A stretch of 64,000 bases of DNA from Erysipelotrichaceae bacterium. GTDB lineage: Bacteria; Bacillota_I; Bacilli_A; Erysipelotrichales; Erysipelotrichaceae. The first letter of the stretch is position 1, and each line of letters starts with the position of its first letter. The stretch spans positions 2,705 through 66,704 of the forward strand of contig SVBN01000006.1 of assembly GCA_015058875.1 (NCBI GenBank), in the 5' to 3' direction. Positions 10,246 to 19,632 of the stretch are shown here, piece after piece. Below the pieces are notes generated by a model that saw only the letters and a list, made by a program, of their open reading frames with translations, made no database searches and had not been told where the DNA came from. A program made the position numbers and the translations under genes.

Positions 10246-10767
10246 ATGAAATACAGACTGATGAGCGGCACGCTTTACAGCGACAAAAATGAGCCGCTTG
10301 CAACAATCCATCAGGAATTCTGCACGCAGGAAAAGCAGATCAGCACAGCTGACGGAAAACACACCTGCCATACCAGCGTTCTTTCCGACCGGAATGATTT
10401 CAGCGGTGATGTGCATCATAAAAAATACATCTGCACCGATGAATCGGGCAGTGCACTTCTTTCCGCCGATCCGGAATACCGGGAGCACGAAGATCCTTCG
10501 GAAGCCGGATGGCCCGTCAACCGCATGCCGGTTGTAGATCATGCTGTTGTGAACATGTTCGGCACCCAGTACTGCCTGGTCATGGAAAACAGCGGCAGAT
10601 ATATCCTGTCGGCTCCGGGCGGTAAAAATGTTCTCAGCATCATCCACCGCGGACTCAAGGGCGGCTGGAATCTTGACTCTTCACTCAGAATCTCACCGGA
10701 GATTCTCTGCGGCATCTTCTCTTTCTGCCGCTACATTGAGCAGGAAAATGAATTTCTGATTGTTTAA
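10246..10767 (+). CDS. Hypothetical protein (beta-rich, possibly LURP-one/tubby C-like)
   Basis: Strong SD GGAGGGG; 173 aa; ends ...YIEQENEFLIV; terminator follows. Confidence 0.7.
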   Translation: MKYRLMSGTLYSDKNEPLATIHQEFCTQEKQISTADGKHTCHTSVLSDRNDFSGDVHHKKYICTDESGSALLSADPEYREHEDPSEAGWPVNRMPVVDHAVVNMFGTQYCLVMENSGRYILSAPGGKNVLSIIHRGLKGGWNLDSSLRISPEILCGIFSFCRYIEQENEFLIV

Positions 10768-10777
10768 TCCCCATATG

Positions 10778-10810
10778 AAAAATCCTCCGAAACAGCCGGA
10801 GGATTTTTTT
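10778..10810. terminator. Bidirectional intrinsic terminator
   Basis: AAAAATCCTCCG-aaacagc-CGGAGGATTTTTTT between convergent genes. Confidence 0.8.
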
Positions 10811-10829
10811 CAGAACAGCATCATCGGTT

Positions 10830-12242
10830 TTACAGTTCTTCCCCGTTTGTGCGGATCACATTCCGGTACCAGAAGAAGCTATCCTTCCGGATCCGTTTCA
10901 TGGTTTTCAGATCCATGTCTTCCCGGTCGATATAGACAAAGCCGTACCGTTTCCGGAATCCCTGGTGGGAAGAAAGAAGATCCTCGAACGACCACGGAGA
11001 GTAGCCCATCAGCTCCACACCGTCTTCAACAGCATCCGCACATGCCTGCACATGAGCGCGCAGATAATCAATCCGGTAATCGTCATGAACCGTACCGTCT
11101 TCATTCAGCGTATCCGCCATGCCGAGACCGTTTTCCGTGATCAGCAGCGGCAGATGATATCTGGCATAATAATCATTCAGGACAATTCTCAGTCCCATCG
11201 GGTCGATCTGGGCACCGTATTCGCTTGCCGCAAGATTCGTGTTTCTTTCATCCCGGCAGTATCCGTACTGGTCAAAGTCCACTTCGTTCCCGCGGTATGT
11301 CCGCATGCCTGCAGGATGCGCTTCATCGGCGGGAAGATAGGACGTGCAGAGCGTGCGGTAATAGTTGACGGCAATATAATCCGGCTTTCCGTACGCCAGA
11401 ATGTCCTCATCCCCTTCTTCCGCTGCTGGTACGATATTCCGCTCCTTCAGGTATCTCATATAGATTCCCGAATACTTCCCATAGCAGTGCATATCCAGGC
11501 AGTATACGGTCTTCATGTAATCATTCATCCTTGCCGACCATACATCCTCGGGCTTCGGGGTCAGAGGATATGTGCATGTGGAAGAAACCGCCGGACCGAT
11601 CTTTCCGCCTTCCACCAGTTCATGGCAGGCCTTCACCGCCAGGGCATGTGCCAGGAACATATGATAATCCATCTGTGCCCGCATCCGGTCCGCCTTCCAT
11701 GCGTCCGGTTCTTCGATATTCATGCGCTCATCCACGCGGATCATCAGATTCTGTTCATTGATCACCTGCCAGTACTTCACCCGGTCCCCGAAGCGGGCAA
11801 AGCAGATACGGGCATAGCGCTCAAATGCATGCACGCATCTGCGGTCCAGCCAGCCGCAGTACTTTGTGACCAGGGCATAGGGCAGATCAAAGTGATACAG
11901 CGTCACAAACGGCTGTATGTCCTTTTCTTTCAGACGGTTGATGACATTGTCATAGAACTCCAGGCCCTTCGGATTGATCTCTCCGTCTCCGTCCGGAATA
12001 ATCCTTGCCCAGGAAAGCGAAAAACGGTAGATTTTCATTCCGAGTTCCGCCATCAGTTCAATATCTTCTTCCCTGTGATGAGAGAAAGCACTGGCTGTTT
12101 TTGAATCTGCCTGACGGTTGGAACGTTTGAAGGAATTGTAATCGGCTACGGTCATCCCCTTGCCGTCTTCATCCCATCCGCCTTCAATCTGAAATGCCGA
12201 AGATGATGCACCCCATAAAAAATCTGCCGGAAATCTGCTCAT
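10830..12242 (-). CDS. Glycoside hydrolase family 1 (6-phospho-beta-glucosidase type)
   Basis: Start reassigned to MSRFPADFLWG (SD AAAGGA); acid/base INEQN, nucleophile ITENG, phosphate pocket SSHQGFRKRYG. Confidence 0.92.
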   Translation of the reverse strand: MSRFPADFLWGASSSAFQIEGGWDEDGKGMTVADYNSFKRSNRQADSKTASAFSHHREEDIELMAELGMKIYRFSLSWARIIPDGDGEINPKGLEFYDNVINRLKEKDIQPFVTLYHFDLPYALVTKYCGWLDRRCVHAFERYARICFARFGDRVKYWQVINEQNLMIRVDERMNIEEPDAWKADRMRAQMDYHMFLAHALAVKACHELVEGGKIGPAVSSTCTYPLTPKPEDVWSARMNDYMKTVYCLDMHCYGKYSGIYMRYLKERNIVPAAEEGDEDILAYGKPDYIAVNYYRTLCTSYLPADEAHPAGMRTYRGNEVDFDQYGYCRDERNTNLAASEYGAQIDPMGLRIVLNDYYARYHLPLLITENGLGMADTLNEDGTVHDDYRIDYLRAHVQACADAVEDGVELMGYSPWSFEDLLSSHQGFRKRYGFVYIDREDMDLKTMKRIRKDSFFWYRNVIRTNGEEL

Positions 12243-12243
12243 A

Positions 12244-13470
12244 TCATTCCTTTCCGCCGGCAATGAACAGCCGGTCTCTTCCCTCGCACAGGAACCGGAC
12301 TTCATTGTCCGCAAGAACCACCGATTCCTCAGTAAAAATATATGTATCGCGCCGGTACAGATCCAGATATTCGATAATGCTGAGCTCCAGCGCATAGGCC
12401 GTCCGGTCATGGATGATGTTTTCTCCTGCCGGATAAATCGGATTCTGGTCTGTCCAGAGGCCGATTGTCGGCCCGCAGGCATGTCCGAACAGTCCGAGAG
12501 GATGCGTATAAAGCACCGGGCGCAGCCCTTCCTGCTTTCCCCGGGCAATGGAGGAAAGGAATACTTCGTTTCCTGTTCTTCCCGCTTTCAGCTGCTCACA
12601 GACGATATCCTGGAACCGGTTGTTCCGCTTCAGTGCTTCCTTCAGCTCCTGAGGTGCATCTGTTTCCCCGTCCTTCAGCACATAGCACAGACGCTGGGTA
12701 TCGGTGCAGAGGCCGAGATATACAATGCCGAAATCACAGTGCACAAGATCGCCCTTCCGGATCACCGTATCCTCACCGTGCATGCCGGTTTCATTCTGCA
12801 GATCGATATCCGGATTGAACCAGGTAATGATTCCCCTGCGGTTTACTTCCCGGGCCATATGATCCATGACATCGCGGCATGTCGTTTTTTCCGGCACAAT
12901 CGAGGCAAACGCATCTTCAATGATCGTCAGCGCCTCCCGCATCACTTCCGGATAATACTTCAGCTCCGTTTCCGTCCGGGTTTCCAGAAAGCGGATTCCC
13001 GGCTGATCGTCAGACACAAAGCGGCAGGTCAGATCCTCCGGCAGTTCCTTCATCAATGTCCGGTACAGTCCGTACGAGAGTCCGTCCGTATATGCATAAT
13101 GATCCGACATGTTCAGATGGATCGTTCCGGGATTCAGCTTTCTCAGCACGCGTTCCAGTGCTTCAAACTGGGTTTCCTTCGTGCGGTCAAAATCATGTTC
13201 GTAAAATCGGTCCAGATTCGCATCCGGAAAACTGACGCTGATCCGCCGCAGCTGATCGTTCTGCAGGGCAAAGATCAGAATCGTCAGCCTCCTTGCATGC
13301 GGATAAAGCGAAGGCACGATAAACGGAAACATCGGATCTTCATTGTATTCCCGCGAAGCAATCAGCCAGCATTCAGTTCCGGTTTCCTTCATGACTGCCG
13401 GAAGCACATGATTCAGACGCTCCGAAAGCATCTCATCCCTGATCCGGTACTGTTCAATCAGATCATACAT
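12244..13470 (-). CDS. M24-family metallopeptidase (Xaa-Pro aminopeptidase-like)
   Basis: Metal ligands HCDFG, TDTQR, HPLGLFGH, LELS, EE; start MYDLIEQ with SD AAGAGG. Confidence 0.82.
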   Translation of the reverse strand: MYDLIEQYRIRDEMLSERLNHVLPAVMKETGTECWLIASREYNEDPMFPFIVPSLYPHARRLTILIFALQNDQLRRISVSFPDANLDRFYEHDFDRTKETQFEALERVLRKLNPGTIHLNMSDHYAYTDGLSYGLYRTLMKELPEDLTCRFVSDDQPGIRFLETRTETELKYYPEVMREALTIIEDAFASIVPEKTTCRDVMDHMAREVNRRGIITWFNPDIDLQNETGMHGEDTVIRKGDLVHCDFGIVYLGLCTDTQRLCYVLKDGETDAPQELKEALKRNNRFQDIVCEQLKAGRTGNEVFLSSIARGKQEGLRPVLYTHPLGLFGHACGPTIGLWTDQNPIYPAGENIIHDRTAYALELSIIEYLDLYRRDTYIFTEESVVLADNEVRFLCEGRDRLFIAGGKE

Positions 13471-13504
13471 AAGCAATACCTCTTAATTACGACTTCATAT
13501 TAAC

Positions 13505-13529
13505 AAAAAAACCTGCATCATTGCAGGTT
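13505..13529 (-). terminator. Intrinsic terminator after the HAD gene
   Basis: AACCTGCA-atga-TGCAGGTT followed by a U run on the minus strand. Confidence 0.7.
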
Positions 13530-13531
13530 GA

Positions 13532-14233
13532 TCACCTCAGATAACGATACAGGTCATTCCGTGTTCCGTGTTCAAACAGATTCAGATCCGTCTGTTTCCG
13601 GCTGATCAGCTGATCGGTCACAAGATACACGCTCATGCCGGCAAGGCGGGCATTGCCGTCCTCCTCGGCATCATTGCCGATCATCAGCACATCCTCCGGA
13701 CAGATTTCCAGCTTCCGGCAGATCTCCAGATAGTATTCCGGATTGGGCTTGCAGTAAGACGAGTTCTCATAAACAGTGATCCATTCAAAGTCCTTCGGAT
13801 CCAGACCGGCAGTCCGTACCCGGAATTCGGTTGCGGAACGTGGAAGCAGCGGATTGGTTGCCAGAATCAGCCGGAACTCCCTCTGTTTCAGAGAAGCAAT
13901 CATTTCCGGAACACCCGCATTCTGCCAGAGCGTTTCCCTGACCTCCGGAAATACATTCAGATAAAAATCATTCAGAATCAGCCGGTCTTTCCGGCTTTCT
14001 TCGCCGAACATCCGCGCATATGCATCCCAGAACCGGATCTCATTGGACACGCTGCCGTCATTGCCACTCATTGCCTTCATGCCGGCATAAAGCATATTGC
14101 TGTATTTCTCCGGATCATATCCGCGCTCCGCCATGTAAGCACACAGCAGCCCGAAGTATTTCCTGATAAATGCCGGCTCATCCATGCCGAGCAGCGTTCC
14201 GTCAAGATCAAAGAAAATCACTTTTTCAGGCAT
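13532..14233 (-). CDS. HAD-family hydrolase
   Basis: FFDLDGTLL, LATNP, CKPNPEYY, MIGND. Confidence 0.9.
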   Translation of the reverse strand: MPEKVIFFDLDGTLLGMDEPAFIRKYFGLLCAYMAERGYDPEKYSNMLYAGMKAMSGNDGSVSNEIRFWDAYARMFGEESRKDRLILNDFYLNVFPEVRETLWQNAGVPEMIASLKQREFRLILATNPLLPRSATEFRVRTAGLDPKDFEWITVYENSSYCKPNPEYYLEICRKLEICPEDVLMIGNDAEEDGNARLAGMSVYLVTDQLISRKQTDLNLFEHGTRNDLYRYLR

Positions 14234-15494
14234 TCTGCGGTTCCTTCTCTTTCAGATTCTCTCTTGCCACCGCAAGCATCAGCTTAATCCGGTTTTCCTG
14301 ATTGACTGCAGTCGCACTCGGATCATAGTCAACCGGTGCAATGTTTGCCTGGGGGAAGCGCTCGCGGATCCGGTTGATGACGCCCTTTCCGGCAATATGA
14401 TTCGGCAGGCATCCGAACGGCTGGGCGCATACAATACTGTCGTAGCCGCCTTCGATCAGCTCGATCATCTCAGCTGTCAGCAGCCATCCTTCTCCCATCT
14501 TGGTGCCGAGATCCAGGATTCCCTCCGGCTTCTCCATCAGTTCATAGAAGGAGCCCGGCGCATAGAAACCGTATTCCTTCAGTACCGCGGACATTTCATT
14601 GCCGATGCGGTTGAACAGCTTCAGCGCGGCTCCGGCGATTTTCCCCATCTTCGGGCTGATGCCGTAAAACTCCGTATCCATTTTCCAATTGGCACAGCAG
14701 TATTCCGCATAGCCCATCAGGCCGGGCATATTGACTTCGCAGCCCTGATCTTCCAGCATCTTCTGCAGGCTGTTGTTTCCGGTCGGGGAAAACTTGACAT
14801 AGATCTCCCCGACAATGCCGACTTTGACCTTCGGTGTTTTATTCACCGGAATCGCTGCAAAATCACGGGTGATCTTCCGGAATACTTTTTTATAGGAATG
14901 CGGGGCATAATTGCGGCTGCTGCGGAACCATTCATCCAGTTTCACCAGCCACCTCTGCATCAGCGCATCGGCATCGCCCTTATGCACTTCATATGCCTGA
15001 ACCTGATTTCTCAGCGCCATCAGCAGATCGCCGTATTCCGCCGCCGAGAGAAGCTTGACCAGCATCCGCGGCGTCCATGGCATCACGCTGTCCTTTTCCA
15101 GACCGCTGGCGTTGGCCGAAGCAACCGGAACATTTTCATATCCGGCCCGGACCAGTGCCTTTCTCAGCAGCTTGATATAATTCGATGCCCGGCATCCGCC
15201 CCCCGACTGGGAGATAATCAGCGCGGTATGATCGGGATCGTATTTCCCGCTTTCCAGTGCTTCCAGAAACTGTCCGATGATGATCAGTGCCGGATAGCAG
15301 GTGTCATTATGCACATATCTCAGGCCGAGCCGGGTGACCTCGGGACTCGAGGTGCCGATCAGTTCCACCCGGTGATACCCTTCGCTCTCCAGCGCCGCTT
15401 TGGCCAGGGCAAACTGAACCGGAGCCATGTCCGGGACCAGGACGGTATAATCCTTCAGCATCTCTTTCGTAAAATTCGGTGTCAGATATTCCAT
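14226..15494 (-). CDS. 2-hydroxyacyl-CoA dehydratase D-component-like protein
   Basis: VHNDTCYPA, QSGGGCRASNY, GIVGEIYVK, GEGWLLTAEM, QPFGCLPNH, DYDP. Confidence 0.85.
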   Translation of the reverse strand: MEYLTPNFTKEMLKDYTVLVPDMAPVQFALAKAALESEGYHRVELIGTSSPEVTRLGLRYVHNDTCYPALIIIGQFLEALESGKYDPDHTALIISQSGGGCRASNYIKLLRKALVRAGYENVPVASANASGLEKDSVMPWTPRMLVKLLSAAEYGDLLMALRNQVQAYEVHKGDADALMQRWLVKLDEWFRSSRNYAPHSYKKVFRKITRDFAAIPVNKTPKVKVGIVGEIYVKFSPTGNNSLQKMLEDQGCEVNMPGLMGYAEYCCANWKMDTEFYGISPKMGKIAGAALKLFNRIGNEMSAVLKEYGFYAPGSFYELMEKPEGILDLGTKMGEGWLLTAEMIELIEGGYDSIVCAQPFGCLPNHIAGKGVINRIRERFPQANIAPVDYDPSATAVNQENRIKLMLAVARENLKEKEPQNA

Positions 15495-18418
15495 CAGTTT
15501 TTCTGCGCCTCCTTTTCCGCAAGTGCCGCAAGCAGGGAACGCAGACGGATTGTTACGGTTCCGAGATTTGTGATTTCATCGATCTTCAGCTGGGTATACA
15601 GCTTTCCGCCCTCCTGCAGGATTTCCCTGGTTTCATCGGACGTGATCGCATCCAGACCACACCCGAAAGATACAAGCTGGACAAGGTCCATATCCGGCTG
15701 CGTGCAGCAGTATTTGGCGGCCGCATACAGACGGCTGTGATAGGTCCACTGATTCAGCACGGCTGTCCGGAATTTAGCGGTTTTCGAGCTGATCGAATCT
15801 TCCGTAATGACAGCCGGGCCGAGACGGATGATCAGCTGGTCAATGCCGTGGCTGACCTCCGGGTCCGCGTGATACGGACGTCCGGCAAGCACAATGATGC
15901 GCTTTCCTTCTTTTCTGGCCTGTTCAATAATCTCATCCGCCTTCCTGCGGATATCCTCCATATGCCGGTCATATTCACCGTAGGCAAGTTCAACCGCATG
16001 CACAATATCCTTTTCCTTCAGATCGGGCCAGTGCTTCCGGATCATCTTCGGAAACCGCTTTGCGAATTCCTTCCGGTTGGAAAGATCGATAAAGTCACGG
16101 ATAAAACGGATCTTTGAAAGCTCCGGACAGTTGTCCTCCAGGACCTCCGGATAATATGCGACAATCGGGCAGTTATAATGATTCTCTCCGAGATGCTCAT
16201 CCACGTTGTAGCTCATGCACGGATAGAACACGGCATCCACGCCTGCTTCCGCAAGTGCCGCAATATGTCCGTGGGAAAGCTTTGCCGGATAGCATGCGGT
16301 ATCACTCGGAATGCTTCCCTGACCCTTCTGATACAGGCTGCGCGAAGAGACCGGGGATACCTTCACCCGGAAGCCGAGTGAGGTAAAGAACGTATGCCAG
16401 AACGGCAGCAGTTCATACATATTCAGACACAGAGGAATGCCGATGGTTTCGCGGCTGCCGCTGCCTTCTTTTTCCGCATAGGCAAGCAGCGACTTCAGCT
16501 TGTATGCATAAAGGTTCAGATGCTCATCCGCTGCCTTCCCGGTAATCGGACGGTCGCACCGGTTGCCCGAGATGAAGCGCTTCCCGTCGCTGAACATATT
16601 CACGGTCAGCAGGCAGTTATTGCCGCATCTGCCGCAGCTGACGGAAGTAACCTTCTGGGTAAACTGTTCCAGTTCCGCTTCCGTAAGCACCGTGCTCTTC
16701 TGTCCGGGCACGGCATGATCACGCCCGTACAGTGCGGCGCCGTATGCACCCATGAGTCCGGCGATATCCGGACGCACGACATTGACGCCCATTTCCTTTT
16801 CAAATGCCCGCAGAACCGCTTCGTTGTAGAAGGTTCCGCCCTGCACGACAATTCTTCTTCCGAGCTCCTCGGGACTTGCGCACCGGATGACCTTATACAG
16901 CGCATTTTTTACCACCGAAATGGAAAGTCCGGCACTGATATTCTCCACGCTGGCACCGTCTTTCTGGGCCTGCTTGACCTGGGAATTCATGAATACGGTG
17001 CACCGGGAGCCGAGATCCACCGGCCTGTCGGCATAGATGCCCATGCGGGCAAACTCCTGAACGTCATAGCCGAGTGCTTCGGCAAATGTCTGCAGGAAGC
17101 TTCCGCAGCCGGAAGAACAGGCTTCATTCAGAAAAATATTGGAAATTGCCTGATCCTCAATTTTGAAGCATTTCATATCCTGGCCGCCGATATCGATAAT
17201 AAAATCGACATCCGGCATAAAATACTTTGCGGCCGTGAAATGAGCCACGGTTTCCACCAGTCCGTTATCGCAGTGGAACGCGTGCTTGATCAGTTCCTCT
17301 CCGTAGCCGGTCGTTGTCACGCTGGCAATTTCAATCCCGGGATATTTCCGGTACAGCTCCAGCAGATGTTCCTTTACCAGCACTGCCGGATTGCCCTCAT
17401 TCGGCTGATACCATGTATAAAGCAGCCGGCCGTCATCATCCGCAGCCGCCATTTTGATCGTTGTCGAACCGGAATCGATTCCGATATGAATCCTTCCTTT
17501 TCTGTCTTCATAACGGATTCTCGGAACAGAAGCCTTCATATGGCGGTTGTGGAACTGCCAGTATTCATCACGCGATGCAAACAGCGGCGGCAGACTGCTG
17601 TAACCGGAGTCCGCCTGGGATTTCTTCAGTTTTGCGGCAGCCTCGTCAAGATCGATGATTTCATCCGCATAAAATGCCGCACCCATCGCAACATACAGCA
17701 GTGAATTTTCCGGGCAGACACCTTTCACATTCAGCGTCCGGTCAAACGACTCTCTGAGGCACTTTGAAAAAGTCAGCGGTCCGCCGAGATAGAGCACATT
17801 TCCCCTGATCTGTCTTCCCTGGGCCAGGCCGGCAATGGTCTGATTGACTACCGCCTGGTAAATCGAAGCGGCAATATCCCCGCTTTTCGCACCCTGATTG
17901 ATCAGCGGCTGAATATCGCTTTTCGCAAACACGCCGCATCTGGAAGCAATCGTATATGTCCGCTCCGCATGCATCGCCGCCTGATCCATCTCATCCGCAT
18001 CCATTTTCAGCAGCATCGCCATCTGATCGATAAAAGCTCCGGTTCCTCCGGCGCAGCTGCCGTTCATCCGTACCTCAACACCGTTTGTCAGAAACAGGAT
18101 TTTTGCATCTTCGCCGCCGAGCTCAATAATGCAGTCGGTTCCGGGAGACAGTTTTTCAGCCGCAACCCGTGCCGAAAAGACTTCCTGCACAAACGGAATG
18201 CCGCTTCTGTCCGCCAGGCCCATTCCGGCGGATCCGGAAATTGCCAGATATGCTTTATGATCCGGTACATAGTCATTCATGATCCGGCTGAGCATTTCCT
18301 CACCTTTCTCCATGATATGACTCATATGTCTTTCATAAGCAGAGTAAATGAGTTTTCCGCCGTCATCCATGACCGCACATTTAATGGTTGTTGACCCGAT
18401 GTCCAATCCGACTCTCAT
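15494..18418 (-). CDS. Acyl-CoA dehydratase activase with tandem BcrAD_BadFG domains plus DUF2229-like region
   Basis: GLDIGSTT and GIDSGSTT; MNGSCAGGTG and NEACSSGCG; CGRCGNNC; SDTACYPAK; SFGCGLDA. Confidence 0.88.
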   Translation of the reverse strand: MRVGLDIGSTTIKCAVMDDGGKLIYSAYERHMSHIMEKGEEMLSRIMNDYVPDHKAYLAISGSAGMGLADRSGIPFVQEVFSARVAAEKLSPGTDCIIELGGEDAKILFLTNGVEVRMNGSCAGGTGAFIDQMAMLLKMDADEMDQAAMHAERTYTIASRCGVFAKSDIQPLINQGAKSGDIAASIYQAVVNQTIAGLAQGRQIRGNVLYLGGPLTFSKCLRESFDRTLNVKGVCPENSLLYVAMGAAFYADEIIDLDEAAAKLKKSQADSGYSSLPPLFASRDEYWQFHNRHMKASVPRIRYEDRKGRIHIGIDSGSTTIKMAAADDDGRLLYTWYQPNEGNPAVLVKEHLLELYRKYPGIEIASVTTTGYGEELIKHAFHCDNGLVETVAHFTAAKYFMPDVDFIIDIGGQDMKCFKIEDQAISNIFLNEACSSGCGSFLQTFAEALGYDVQEFARMGIYADRPVDLGSRCTVFMNSQVKQAQKDGASVENISAGLSISVVKNALYKVIRCASPEELGRRIVVQGGTFYNEAVLRAFEKEMGVNVVRPDIAGLMGAYGAALYGRDHAVPGQKSTVLTEAELEQFTQKVTSVSCGRCGNNCLLTVNMFSDGKRFISGNRCDRPITGKAADEHLNLYAYKLKSLLAYAEKEGSGSRETIGIPLCLNMYELLPFWHTFFTSLGFRVKVSPVSSRSLYQKGQGSIPSDTACYPAKLSHGHIAALAEAGVDAVFYPCMSYNVDEHLGENHYNCPIVAYYPEVLEDNCPELSKIRFIRDFIDLSNRKEFAKRFPKMIRKHWPDLKEKDIVHAVELAYGEYDRHMEDIRRKADEIIEQARKEGKRIIVLAGRPYHADPEVSHGIDQLIIRLGPAVITEDSISSKTAKFRTAVLNQWTYHSRLYAAAKYCCTQPDMDLVQLVSFGCGLDAITSDETREILQEGGKLYTQLKIDEITNLGTVTIRLRSLLAALAEKEAQKN

Positions 18419-18527
18419 TCTCTGCCTCCTTTTACGTTAGAGAATTATAACTCATGTCTTCAGCACATTCAAAAAACATGCCCCGCAGACATGTTCCTAT
18501 TATATTCACCGTCCGGAATTATTCCAT

Positions 18528-19115
18528 TTACAAAACCGCGCTTTTGTCTTCCGGACATTTTCCTGCGGTTTTCCGGTGATCCCTCCCGGCTGCCGGTTTT
18601 TCCAGCACACAGGAGGGATGCATCAGCCCGGTCGGTTCATAATAAAGACTGCAGGTATAACGGAACCCGAGTTTTTCCAGAACATGCCGTGAAGCACTAT
18701 TCTGCGGATGGTGTCCGGCGCACAGTCCGGCTATGCCGTATTCTTCAAACGCGCGGGCAATGACAGTCCTGCCGGCTTTCGAGGCCAGGCCCTTTCCCCA
18801 GTACTGCAGGCGCAGATGAAAACCAAGCTCATATTCTCCGTCACCTCGCATTCTCAATCCGCAGCATCCGATCAGATCACCGGTTTTCAGCGCAAAAACC
18901 GGCCAGTACTGAATGCCCCGGCGGCGCTCGTTTTCGATTTCCGTTTCAAGGCGGCGCAGCACTTCTTCCTCACTGAAATGTCCGGAGGCGCAGAGATATC
19001 CGGTCACCGCACCGTCACCCCGCAGCCGCATTGCAAGATCTGTGTCGTCCTCCTGCCATCGGGAGAACCCGATGCGTTCCGTTTCCAGAAAATATTCCCT
19101 CTGCTTCATTTCCAT
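18528..19115 (-). CDS. GNAT acetyltransferase (RimJ/RimL type)
   Basis: LIGCCGL, ELGFHLRLQYWGKGLA, AGHHPQNSASRHVLEKLGF. Confidence 0.85.
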   Translation of the reverse strand: MEMKQREYFLETERIGFSRWQEDDTDLAMRLRGDGAVTGYLCASGHFSEEEVLRRLETEIENERRRGIQYWPVFALKTGDLIGCCGLRMRGDGEYELGFHLRLQYWGKGLASKAGRTVIARAFEEYGIAGLCAGHHPQNSASRHVLEKLGFRYTCSLYYEPTGLMHPSCVLEKPAAGRDHRKTAGKCPEDKSAVL

Positions 19116-19149
19116 AATCCTTTCAGTCTCTTACAAAGATAATTACAGA

Positions 19150-19305
19150 ACGAAAAAACCGCTGCATCTTCAACAGCGGTCTTTTCTGCTTCACATGATT
19201 CTGCTTGTTTTCATGCTCTGCCATATTATCAGGGGATAGTTTTTTAACGATGGCATGGAAAGGGGGGCCATGTTCACCGTACAAGCCTTACTTATGTCTT
19301 GCACG
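19150..19305 (-). ncRNA. Candidate small structured RNA (unassigned)
   Basis: Gene-free 230 bp interval holding four hairpins, two with C-rich loops, and ending in an intrinsic terminator; see findings. Confidence 0.45.
19153..19180 (-). terminator. Intrinsic terminator
   Basis: ACCGCTG-ttgaagatg-CAGCGGT-TTTTT on the minus strand. Confidence 0.8.
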
Positions 19306-19344
19306 TATATCATATGAATCTGCGGCCGCAGAATTATGTATACA

Positions 19345-19632
19345 TTATGTTAAATTATGTGAAATCTTAATATACAGAGCGATCAGCTGGATCAGAATGA
19401 TCGCCGGAATCCCGACGGTGAACTTCGGATGCCTCGTTTTATGGTGGAACCGGTACATGCCCGCAAGTGCTCCGATCCCGCCGCCCAGCAGGGCGCACAG
19501 CAGGAGATCCTTTTCCGGAATTCGCCACTGACTTTTTCTTGCATACTGCTTGTCCAGCCAGAAAAGCACAAAGGTGATGAGATTGCAGACTGTCAGCCAG
19601 CCGATGAACAGAAGTCTGTATGTGCTGTTCAT
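19345..19632 (-). CDS. DUF1294 small membrane protein
   Basis: DKQYARKSQWRIPEKDL, GGGIGALAGMYRFHHKTRHPKF. Confidence 0.88.
   Translation of the reverse strand: MNSTYRLLFIGWLTVCNLITFVLFWLDKQYARKSQWRIPEKDLLLCALLGGGIGALAGMYRFHHKTRHPKFTVGIPAIILIQLIALYIKISHNLT

Noticed and set aside
12243-12548. N-terminal extension of the GH1 ORF (track start 12548); similar extensions for pheS (53423), alkZ-like (39148), EIIC (62783) and GT-C (46870)
   Set aside because: The extensions overlap upstream genes or leaders; SD-supported downstream ATGs match family N-termini
19236-19280. preQ1-I riboswitch-like 3' tail UUAAAAAACUA after a stem
   Set aside because: The loop lacks the compact preQ1 aptamer sequence, holds an extra hairpin, and no queuosine gene lies downstream
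19270-19317. Plus-strand 15-aa ORF MFTVQALLMSCTYII behind AAAGGGGGG (possible type I toxin)
   Set aside because: Very short, with the SD partly too close and sequestered, and no plus-strand promoter or terminator found; kept only as an alternative reading of the RNA candidate
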